NCBI RefSeq assembly: GCF_000621645.1
Contig: NZ_JHXR01000038.1
Coordinates: forward strand, 1 to 12,726
Length of the DNA stretch: 12,726 nt
DNA from: Vibrio cholerae ATCC 14035
GTDB lineage: Bacteria; Pseudomonadota; Gammaproteobacteria; Enterobacterales; Vibrionaceae
Direction: 5' to 3'
The translations under genes and the position numbers were made by a program. This document shows, in pieces, positions 5,989-12,726 of this stretch. The notes beneath the pieces were generated by a model. The model was not told the origin of the DNA. It was given only the letters and a program-made list of their open reading frames with translations, and did not search any database. Numbering within the stretch: position 1 is the stretch's first letter; every line of letters starts with the position of its first letter.

Positions 5989-6951
5989 ATGAAATCCCAG
6001 TTTTTGTTAAGTGTTCGCGAATTTATGCAAACTCGATACTATGCAAAAAAAACCATAGAAGCTTACCTTCATTGGATCACTCGTTACATCCATTTTCATA
6101 ATAAAAAGCACCCTAGCTTAATGGGAGATAAAGAGGTCGAAGAATTTTTAACCTACTTAGCCGTGCAAGGTAAAGTGGCCACAAAGACTCAATCACTAGC
6201 CTTGAACTCACTCAGTTTTCTATACAAAGAAATTCTAAAAACACCCCTTTCTCTTGAGATCCGCTTTCAACGCTCGCAACTAGAACGAAAGTTACCGGTT
6301 GTACTGACTAGAGATGAGATTCGACGTTTACTTGAAATTGTCGATCCTAAGCATCAACTTCCCATCAAGTTACTCTACGGTTCGGGGTTAAGGTTGATGG
6401 AGTGTATGCGCTTGAGAGTCCAAGATATCGATTTTGATTATGGTGCAATCAGAATCTGGCAAGGTAAGGGGGGTAAAAATCGCACGGTCACGTTAGCAAA
6501 AGAACTCTATCCGCATCTTAAAGAGCAAATTGCGCTAGCAAAACGCTATTACGATCGAGACTTGCACCAAAAAAACTACGGCGGGGTTTGGCTGCCCACA
6601 GCCTTAAAAGAAAAGTATCCAAATGCACCTTATGAGTTTCGTTGGCACTATCTTTTTCCGTCTTTTCAGTTATCTCTAGATCCGGAATCCGATGTGATGC
6701 GCCGCCATCATATGAACGAAACAGTACTACAAAAAGCGGTGAGAAGATCGGCTCAAGAAGCGGGGATTGAAAAGACCGTGACTTGCCACACTCTCAGACA
6801 TTCATTTGCAACCCATTTGCTTGAAGTGGGGGCTGATATACGTACCGTACAAGAGCAACTAGGACATACCGATGTAAAAACGACACAGATTTACACTCAT
6901 GTTCTTGATAGAGGTGCAAGCGGTGTTTTAAGCCCATTATCCCGTCTTTAG
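5989..6951 (+). CDS. intIA: Integron integrase IntIA (IntI4), tyrosine recombinase
   Basis: 320 aa. The tyrosine-recombinase signature is present: GLRLMECMRLR, HTLRHSFATHLL and TQIYTHV. An integron-specific extra segment lies around YPNAPYEFRWHYLFPS. The gene is divergent from the VCR cassette array. Confidence 0.96.
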   Translation: MKSQFLLSVREFMQTRYYAKKTIEAYLHWITRYIHFHNKKHPSLMGDKEVEEFLTYLAVQGKVATKTQSLALNSLSFLYKEILKTPLSLEIRFQRSQLERKLPVVLTRDEIRRLLEIVDPKHQLPIKLLYGSGLRLMECMRLRVQDIDFDYGAIRIWQGKGGKNRTVTLAKELYPHLKEQIALAKRYYDRDLHQKNYGGVWLPTALKEKYPNAPYEFRWHYLFPSFQLSLDPESDVMRRHHMNETVLQKAVRRSAQEAGIEKTVTCHTLRHSFATHLLEVGADIRTVQEQLGHTDVKTTQIYTHVLDRGASGVLSPLSRL

Positions 6952-6989
6952 CATGGGTTCTTTGCGAAATCATGAGATTTCACAGATAG

Positions 6990-7020
6990 AAAAAAGGGAG
7001 CATAAATGCTCCCCTTTCTT
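6990..7020. terminator. Bidirectional rho-independent terminator between the convergent intIA and rplT genes
   Basis: AAAAAA-GGGAGCAT-AA-ATGCTCCC-CTTTCTT. The hairpin is followed by a T-run on both strands (TTTTTTC on the minus strand). Confidence 0.8.
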
Positions 7021-7032
7021 AATAACACGCTA

Positions 7033-7386
7033 TTACAGAGCGCCTTTCGCCTTTTCAACCAGAACAGCGAATGCTGCTTTGTCGAATACTGCGATATCAG
7101 CAAGGATCTTACGATCGATCTCGATAGATGCTTTCTTCAGACCGTTGATGAAACGGCTGTAAGATAGACCATTTTGACGAGCCGCTGCGTTGATACGTGC
7201 AATCCACAGTTGACGGAATTGACGTTTCTTAGCGCGACGGTCACGGTAAGCGTATTGACCAGCTTTAATAACTGCTTGGAACGCTACACGATAAACACGT
7301 GAACGTGCACCGTAGTAACCTTTAGCTTGTTTTAAAACTTTCTTATGACGTGCACGAGCTTGTACACCACGTTTTACGCGAGGCAT
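7033..7386 (-). CDS. rplT: 50S ribosomal protein L20
   Basis: 117 aa, [35 protein letters not shown]..., matching L20. Confidence 0.98.
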   Translation of the reverse strand: MPRVKRGVQARARHKKVLKQAKGYYGARSRVYRVAFQAVIKAGQYAYRDRRAKKRQFRQLWIARINAAARQNGLSYSRFINGLKKASIEIDRKILADIAVFDKAAFAVLVEKAKGAL

Positions 7387-7427
7387 TATGTCTCTCCTAA
7401 ACTAAACGAATATTAAACTAAAAAGAA

Positions 7428-7622
7428 TTAAGCGTATGGAAGCATACGTGCTACAGCAGCCAGTTCGCACTTAGGCAGAATGGCGTTTGGACGCAGCTGA
7501 CGCTTGTTCTTAGTAGTACGCTTAGTCAGAATGTGACGTTTAGTAGCGTGCTTGTACTTAATACCACCAGCAGTTTTCTTGAAACGCTTAGCAGCACCTT
7601 TGTTGTTTTTCATCTTAGGCAT
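7428..7622 (-). CDS. rpmI: 50S ribosomal protein L35
   Basis: 64 aa from the ATG at 7622 ([20 protein letters not shown]...), with GGAG upstream. The ORF-track start at 7694 is an artefactual N-terminal extension. Confidence 0.95.
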   Translation of the reverse strand: MPKMKNNKGAAKRFKKTAGGIKYKHATKRHILTKRTTKNKRQLRPNAILPKCELAAVARMLPYA

Positions 7623-7725
7623 GATGAATAACTCCGCATTGTAGTAGTTAAATAACAGTGTAATCAGGGCGAATAAAACCCAGCCGCCTTTCAACGGCTA
7701 GGTTCATTACTTGTAATGCCGTTAA

Positions 7726-8277
7726 TTACTTCTTTTTAGGGGCTAACACCATGATCATCTGGCGTGCTTCAATTTTGGTCGGGAAAGACTCAACCACTGC
7801 GAATTCGTCAGTGTCCTCTTTCAGTCGATTCAAAACGTCTACACCGATGTCTTGGTGAGCCATCTCTCGGCCACGGAAGCGAATAGTTACTTTCACTTTG
7901 TTGCCTTCTTCTAGGAAACGGATCAGGTTGCGTAGTTTTACCTGATAATCTCCCACATCAGTCCCAGGACGGAATTTGAGTTCCTTAATCTGGATCTGCT
8001 TTTGCTTCTTCTTCTGCTCTTTTGTAGCCTTGCTCTTCTCAAAGAGGAACTTGCCATAGTCCATCACACGACAGACTGGTGGCTCGGCGTTAGGGCTGAT
8101 CTCAACGAGATCCAAACCAGATTCTTCTGCTGTAGCCAGTGCTTCTTGGATCGAAACGATACCTACAGACTCACCGTCTGCGCCAGTTAAACGAACTTCA
8201 CGAACGCCACGAATTTCACCGTTTAAACGGTGCTGGTTTTGCTTGACCGGAACTTGGCCACGTCTTCCGCCTTTAAT
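7726..8277 (-). CDS. infC: Translation initiation factor IF-3, AUU start codon
   Basis: Hand translation upstream of the ORF-track start gives ATT AAA GGC GGA AGA CGT... = (M)[76 protein letters not shown]. This is collinear with E. coli IF3 at 183 aa. The ATT lies 3 nt after the thrS stop. Confidence 0.93.
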   Translation of the reverse strand: MKGGRRGQVPVKQNQHRLNGEIRGVREVRLTGADGESVGIVSIQEALATAEESGLDLVEISPNAEPPVCRVMDYGKFLFEKSKATKEQKKKQKQIQIKELKFRPGTDVGDYQVKLRNLIRFLEEGNKVKVTIRFRGREMAHQDIGVDVLNRLKEDTDEFAVVESFPTKIEARQMIMVLAPKKK

Positions 8278-8280
8278 AGT

Positions 8281-10209
8281 TTATTCCTCCAGATTAAGCT
8301 TACGGCTTGCAATCTCAGCTTGGATATGTGCAATAAAATCATCCAATTTAAATTTACCAAGATCTTTACCTTTACGTGTACGTACTGCGATTTCGCCAGC
8401 TTCCATCTCTTGGTCGCCACAAACCAACATGTACGGAACACGCTTCAAAGTGTGTTCGCGGATTTTAAAGCCTATTTTCTCATTTCTCAAGTCTGCTTTT
8501 GCTCGAATGCCACATTTTTGTAGCTTTTGAGCGACTTCATGAGCATAGTCGGCTTGTTTATCCGTGATATTTACAACAACAGCCTGCTCTGGCGCCAACC
8601 AAGTTGGGAAGAATCCTGCGTATTCTTCAATCAGAATACCGATAAAGCGTTCAAGTGAACCCAAAATCGCACGGTGGATCATCACCGGAATTAAGCGTTC
8701 ATTGCTTTCACCAACGTAAGTGGCACCTAAACGTGTAGGCAAGTTGAAATCGAGCTGCACTGTACCACATTGCCACGCACGATCTAAACAGTCGTAGAGT
8801 GTAAACTCAATTTTCGGACCATAGAACGCACCTTCGCCTTCCTGAATTTCAAATGGAATGTCCATTGCCTTCAGAGAATCGATCAGCGCTTGTTCTGATT
8901 TGTCCCAAATTTCATCGCTACCCACGCGCTTTTCAGGGCGAGTAGACAACTTCACCACGATATTTTGGAAGCCAAAAGTCGTGTAAGTGTCATACACCAT
9001 CTTGATGCACGAAGTCACTTCTTGTTGAATTTGATCTTCAGTACAGAAGATATGCGCGTCATCTTGAGTAAAGCCACGCACACGCATGATACCGTGTAGT
9101 GAACCTGATGGCTCGTTACGATGACAGGAACCAAACTCAGCCATGCGCAATGGCAGATCACGGTAAGATTTCAAACCTTGGTTGAAAATCTGGATGTGAC
9201 CCGGACAGTTCATCGGCTTGATCGCGTATTCTCGGTTTTCTGATGAAGTCGTGAACATCGCATCTGCGTATTTGTCCCAGTGACCTGAACGTTCCCAAAG
9301 TACGCGATCCATCATCAATGGACCTTTTACTTCTTGGTAACCGTATTCGTTCAATTTATGACGAATAAAAATTTCCAGCTCACGGAAGACTGACCAACCG
9401 TTGTGGTGCCAGAACACCATGCCCGGTGCTTCTTGCTGCATATGGAACAGATCAAGTTGCTTACCGATTTTACGATGGTCACGTTTTGCAGCTTCTTCAA
9501 GGCGAGTTAAATGCGCTTGCAGAGCTTTCTTATCATGGAACGCTGTACCGTAGATACGTTGCAGCATTTTGTTATCGCTGTTACCACGCCAGTATGCACC
9601 CGCAATGTTCAGCAATTTGAAGTTTTGACAAAAGCCCATGTGTGGTACGTGTGGACCACGGCACATGTCAATGTATTCTTCGTGATGGTAAAGACCAGGG
9701 CGATCATCACGCGCCACGTTTTCATCAAGAATTTCCATTTTGTAGCTTTCGCCACGCGATTCAAAGGTATCGCGCGCTTCCTGCCAGCTCACTTTCTTTT
9801 TGACAACCGCGTATTTGGTTTTCGCTAACTCAACCATGCGAGCTTCGATTTTCTCAAGATCTTCTTGAGAGAGAGACTGCTCGAGATCGATGTCGTAGTA
9901 AAAACCGCTGTCAATGGTTGGACCGATCGCCATTTTCGCATTCGGGTAAAGTTGCTTAAGCGCGTGGCCAAGCAAGTGCGCGCATGAGTGACGCACGATT
10001 TCCAAACCATCTACTTCATCTTTCGTGGTGATGATTTCTAGGCTGGCATCGTGTTCAATCAGATCGCAAGCATCAACGCGCGCACCATTCACACGACCTG
10101 CAATAGTTGCTTTCGCAAGACCAGGACCGATAGATTGGGCAACTTCGAGAGTAGATACTGGGTTGTCAAAATGACGCTGACTACCGTCAGGAAGAGTAAT
10201 AATAGGCAT
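8281..10209 (-). CDS. thrS: Threonine--tRNA ligase
   Basis: 642 aa, [19 protein letters not shown]...[10 protein letters not shown]...MNCPGH...[11 protein letters not shown]..., collinear with E. coli ThrRS. Confidence 0.98.
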   Translation of the reverse strand: MPIITLPDGSQRHFDNPVSTLEVAQSIGPGLAKATIAGRVNGARVDACDLIEHDASLEIITTKDEVDGLEIVRHSCAHLLGHALKQLYPNAKMAIGPTIDSGFYYDIDLEQSLSQEDLEKIEARMVELAKTKYAVVKKKVSWQEARDTFESRGESYKMEILDENVARDDRPGLYHHEEYIDMCRGPHVPHMGFCQNFKLLNIAGAYWRGNSDNKMLQRIYGTAFHDKKALQAHLTRLEEAAKRDHRKIGKQLDLFHMQQEAPGMVFWHHNGWSVFRELEIFIRHKLNEYGYQEVKGPLMMDRVLWERSGHWDKYADAMFTTSSENREYAIKPMNCPGHIQIFNQGLKSYRDLPLRMAEFGSCHRNEPSGSLHGIMRVRGFTQDDAHIFCTEDQIQQEVTSCIKMVYDTYTTFGFQNIVVKLSTRPEKRVGSDEIWDKSEQALIDSLKAMDIPFEIQEGEGAFYGPKIEFTLYDCLDRAWQCGTVQLDFNLPTRLGATYVGESNERLIPVMIHRAILGSLERFIGILIEEYAGFFPTWLAPEQAVVVNITDKQADYAHEVAQKLQKCGIRAKADLRNEKIGFKIREHTLKRVPYMLVCGDQEMEAGEIAVRTRKGKDLGKFKLDDFIAHIQAEIASRKLNLEE

Positions 10210-10226
10210 GTATTATCCTTACAGTG

Positions 10227-10247
10227 GTGTTGCACACCAAGCAACAC
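10227..10247 (-). promoter_or_regulatory. thrS leader hairpin resembling the tRNA-Thr anticodon arm (putative ThrRS translational operator)
   Basis: The minus-strand RNA reads GUGUUGC-UUGGUGU-GCAACAC: a 7-bp stem and a 7-nt loop with U at the position 33 equivalent and GGU at the anticodon position. It ends 6 nt upstream of the SD AAGGA (10216-10220). Confidence 0.55.
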
Positions 10248-10411
10248 TTGTGTGAAAAAATACGCTTTAAATTCAATGCTTTATGAATTTTGCGTAACGA
10301 TTTTTGAAGATTTGGTACAAATTTTGGTACAAATACGGATGCACCAGCTTAAGTACTTGGATTGCATTCTAACGAATCGACATGAAAGCGCAATCAATAT
10401 CACAAAAGCGC

Positions 10412-10443
10412 AGAAACAAAATACGCCCACTTAAAGTAGGCGT
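10412..10443 (-). terminator. Rho-independent terminator downstream of the immunity gene
   Basis: On the minus strand, ACGCCTACT-TTA-AGTGGGCGT (9-bp stem with one mismatch) is followed by ATTTTGTTTCT. It lies 35 nt after the stop at 10478. Confidence 0.6.
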
Positions 10444-10477
10444 TTCTAATACAACGCAAAACTTCTTAGAGATACTC

Positions 10478-10828
10478 TCAATTCATAGGTTCTAAGGTTT
10501 CACCATTCGTTAAGGTGATTTCTTCACCTAAATAGCTAGCAAAATCTCTTATCTCAATTTTGCTTAGTGTGTTCCCTTTGTACTCAAATAGGCCTTCATG
10601 GCAAATATTATCCGGAGAGCCACACGTTATACGAATCGTATAGATAGGATGTTTATTCTCTACAATACTGAGACCCGTTGCTGTGGGCTCTGGGAACCAA
10701 ATCATTTGTCCAATAATCTGAGCATTTGGTACCGAATATTCAAATTTAAAAAGAAACGTAGCCAAGAGCACTACGGCAAGACAGGTTGATACCAGTAAGA
10801 TTGCAAACCACTTTATGATTTTTTTCAT
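10478..10828 (-). CDS. tsiH: Membrane-anchored or periplasmic small protein: T6SS immunity protein (TsiH-like)
   Basis: 116 aa. The N-terminal hydrophobic anchor is MKKIIKWFAILLVSTCLAVVLLATFLF. The ATG lies 1 nt after the effector stop. Its position directly after an effector is typical of an immunity gene. From memory it matches VCA0286. Confidence 0.75.
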   Translation of the reverse strand: MKKIIKWFAILLVSTCLAVVLLATFLFKFEYSVPNAQIIGQMIWFPEPTATGLSIVENKHPIYTIRITCGSPDNICHEGLFEYKGNTLSKIEIRDFASYLGEEITLTNGETLEPMN

Positions 10829-10829
10829 A

Positions 10830-11501
10830 TCACTCAGATACCGTTAATTTGTTGGTCTTATAGTCATAATCTAAATCAATTTCACTTAACTGAAACTGTT
10901 CAATATACGCGCTTGGTACAACAACAGGAGGTTTCCAAGCCGGGTCTAACCCCATTGCATCAGCTAAATCTATGACAAATGTCATGCAGTTATGGCTATC
11001 CAAGTCATAAGGTATCTTATCAGGGCTATTATTAAGATCCATTTTTCCCCTTAACCATGAATCTGCTTCAGAGAAAAACTTTCCTCTTAATACCACTCCC
11101 GAAATTCTCCCCTCCTGTCCAGAACGTAGGGACACTTCTTTAAGAACCTTCAGTAACGAGCTTTCAGTAATTAGACCACTTTTTATAGTTACATTTGATA
11201 CCCCAACCTTCCTCACATTTCCTGGGATATCCGATTTAGGGTTCTTGTAACGGCCATACTCATAATAGCGAGTAACACCTGTTTCACCATTAATCAAAAT
11301 AACTCCAGCGTGACCAAGGTAGGGGGCCTTCACTGCAGGAGTTTTTATTTTTACACCCCATAACTCAAAAGATTGTTCATCTGCGACTGAGATTAGGTAG
11401 TCAGGAAATACTACAGGTATCAAAAAATCGTCATTACCTGAAAGAAATATCTCATATGGAGTTGTATCGGCTACTGGAGTTGATGATACAGTGTCAGTCA
11501 T
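10830..11501 (-). CDS. tseH: T6SS effector, papain-like (NlpC/P60-type) hydrolase (TseH-like)
   Basis: 223 aa with no signal peptide. A candidate catalytic His sits in YLGHAGVIL (H64) and a candidate Cys in DSHNCMTFV (C172). The ATG overlaps the PAAR gene stop (TAATG). From memory it matches VCA0285. Confidence 0.78.
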   Translation of the reverse strand: MTDTVSSTPVADTTPYEIFLSGNDDFLIPVVFPDYLISVADEQSFELWGVKIKTPAVKAPYLGHAGVILINGETGVTRYYEYGRYKNPKSDIPGNVRKVGVSNVTIKSGLITESSLLKVLKEVSLRSGQEGRISGVVLRGKFFSEADSWLRGKMDLNNSPDKIPYDLDSHNCMTFVIDLADAMGLDPAWKPPVVVPSAYIEQFQLSEIDLDYDYKTNKLTVSE

Positions 11502-12031
11502 TAGCTATCCCTCAATAACCAATTTTTTGTTTTGTTTGGCTTCACTGATACTTTTTTCATCTTGTCGCCTTTAGCTAAACCTTTTAGTTCACCATTAGCA
11601 TCAGTCTTCATCACTAGCTCTGAACCATCATCAAACAAGCACAAGACCTCCATAAATGGGCATATGGAACCATTGGTATCTTTTACCTTAACGTTGATGT
11701 CATACAGTGTTTTACTCAAAATTGAACTTGGTGCAGGAGTATGCGAATCGCCTATATTGACTGATGAACTGCCAATAGTTACACCACCACAAGAAATACT
11801 ACCACCTGTGATAGCTGCGGGTTTTCCATTGATCATAACGGTTGAAGACCCAGACGAAATGGATCTCCCATGAGGTGGATGTTTAGGTTTGGAATGAGGT
11901 TCTAATGGATCCCCTAATCTAGCTGCAGGCATAAAGTCAAATTTAACATTAGGCGAGCCACTGGTAATCTTTGTTGGCGGAAACCCATCATGATCGGTGC
12001 CGATATCACCGACAATAACTGCCTTTACCAT
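11501..12031 (-). CDS. PAAR-domain T6SS spike-tip protein with a ~75-aa C-terminal extension
   Basis: 176 aa. It contains a literal PAAR motif (FMPAARLGDP), a second PAAR-like repeat (NGKPAAITGG) and a Gly/Ser-rich beta-repeat region. The C-terminal region LYDINVKVKDTNGS...NWLLRDS resembles nothing I recognise. From memory it matches VCA0284 (PAAR2). Confidence 0.88.
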   Translation of the reverse strand: MVKAVIVGDIGTDHDGFPPTKITSGSPNVKFDFMPAARLGDPLEPHSKPKHPPHGRSISSGSSTVMINGKPAAITGGSISCGGVTIGSSSVNIGDSHTPAPSSILSKTLYDINVKVKDTNGSICPFMEVLCLFDDGSELVMKTDANGELKGLAKGDKMKKVSVKPNKTKNWLLRDS

Positions 12032-12131
12032 AGATAAACTTCTACTGTTTATTGAGATGGCTCATTTCTGTACAAAAAACATACCCAATTGATATTTGAT
12101 ATGTAGCTTCCAGAATTTGGCTTATATGCAA

Positions 12132-12161
12132 CTAAAAATTGCCTAGCTAGGCAATTTTTAG
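12132..12161. repeat. Perfect 30-bp palindrome upstream of the PAAR operon
   Basis: CTAAAAATTGCCTAG|CTAGGCAATTTTTAG. A third copy of the half-site core (AATTGCCTAA) lies at 12178-12187. Confidence 0.85.
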
Positions 12162-12385
12162 CCTAAATCGAGCAACGAATTGCCTAACTTGCAACCCCGT
12201 TCACCAGCTAATTGATTTTGTGACGTCTGCAAACGGTGAATCATACGTTGATAAAACTACTTTAAGGTACAAAGGTCTAGAATCATTAGTTCGTAAGCTA
12301 TTCTCACAATTGAGTATACCTAAAGAGTTGAACATAATGCATCACATGGCGACTCTTTCCGAACTTATCGGGTAAGGCTTCAATT

Positions 12386-12420
12386 TATAGCTACACCCTT
12401 ATAAATTGGGTGTAGCTATA
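12386..12420. repeat. 13-bp perfect inverted repeat (stem-loop)
   Basis: TATAGCTACACCC-TTATAAATT-GGGTGTAGCTATA, about 130 nt downstream of the VNTR gene stop. There is no flanking T-run, so I do not call it a canonical terminator. Confidence 0.8.
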
Positions 12421-12551
12421 CAGCATTCAGTAACTTCAAAACTATTGCGCACAATTCTCTTTGAACTGTTCATGATAATCAATGAAACTCATAACCTTAG
12501 GTTATGAGATTCAATATCTAACAAAATAAAAACGTCACACCAAATACATAT

Positions 12552-12726
<175 letters not shown>

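Noticed and set aside
6953-7162. 69-aa ORF on the + strand after intIA.
   Set aside because: It crosses the bidirectional terminator and is antisense to the 3' end of rplT.
7623-7694. N-terminal extension of the rpmI ORF (88 aa).
   Set aside because: L35 is about 64 aa. The internal ATG at 7622 has a GGAG upstream and gives the canonical MPKMK N-terminus.
7682-7699. Small GC hairpin (AGCCG...CGGCT) followed by GGGTTTTATT on the minus strand, between infC and rpmI.
   Set aside because: It could be an attenuator or part of the L20 operator region. The stem is only 5 bp, and I cannot support a specific call from sequence alone.
8002-10434. Multiple + strand ORFs and one minus-strand ORF: 8002-8190, 8223-8441, 8230-8523, 8243-8530, 9426-9620, 9511-9828, 9825-10010, 10051-10434.
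   Set aside because: All lie antisense to, or out of frame within, infC or thrS, or cross the thrS leader. infC and thrS are unambiguous conserved genes, so these are shadow ORFs.
10598-10789. 63-aa ORF on the + strand.
   Set aside because: It is antisense to the immunity gene and has no RBS.
11532-11873. 113-aa ORF on the + strand.
   Set aside because: It is antisense to the PAAR gene, whose PAAR motifs identify the true frame.
12386-12420. The 13-bp perfect stem-loop considered as a terminator of the VNTR gene.
   Set aside because: No U-tract follows on either strand, and it lies about 130 nt from the stop. I kept it as a repeat feature only, with its function left open.

Overview
This window matches my memory of Vibrio cholerae chromosome 2 at the origin-proximal end of the superintegron, reverse-complemented relative to N16961 numbering (about VCA0283 to VCA0291 plus the first cassettes). 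I could not run a search, so this identification rests on recall. Left part (1-5764): nine integron cassettes read on the minus strand. They are separated by one partial and eight full ~120-bp VCR-type attC repeats. The cassettes carry a higBA toxin-antitoxin pair, a Phd/YefM-ParE toxin-antitoxin pair in inverted orientation with its own promoter, a PAT-like GNAT acetyltransferase and a 190-aa membrane-anchored orphan protein. The other five cassettes belong to two paralogous families with no credible ORF. Centre (5761-6951): attIA, a candidate CRP-dependent Pc promoter, a LexA-boxed PintIA promoter and the integron integrase intIA. Right of that, on the minus strand, lies the housekeeping thrS-infC-rpmI-rplT operon. 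infC uses an AUU start codon, and the thrS leader carries a hairpin resembling the tRNA-Thr anticodon arm. Far right (10478-12031): a tightly coupled three-gene unit of PAAR protein, papain-like effector and membrane-anchored immunity protein. I recognise it as the T6SS Aux3 module (PAAR2/TseH/TsiH). It is followed by a 520-bp non-coding region with strong palindromes. The window ends in the 3' end of a gene whose coding sequence contains the ACCAGA (Pro-Glu) hexanucleotide VNTR. The least explained content is the five ORF-less cassettes and the 190-aa orphan cassette protein.
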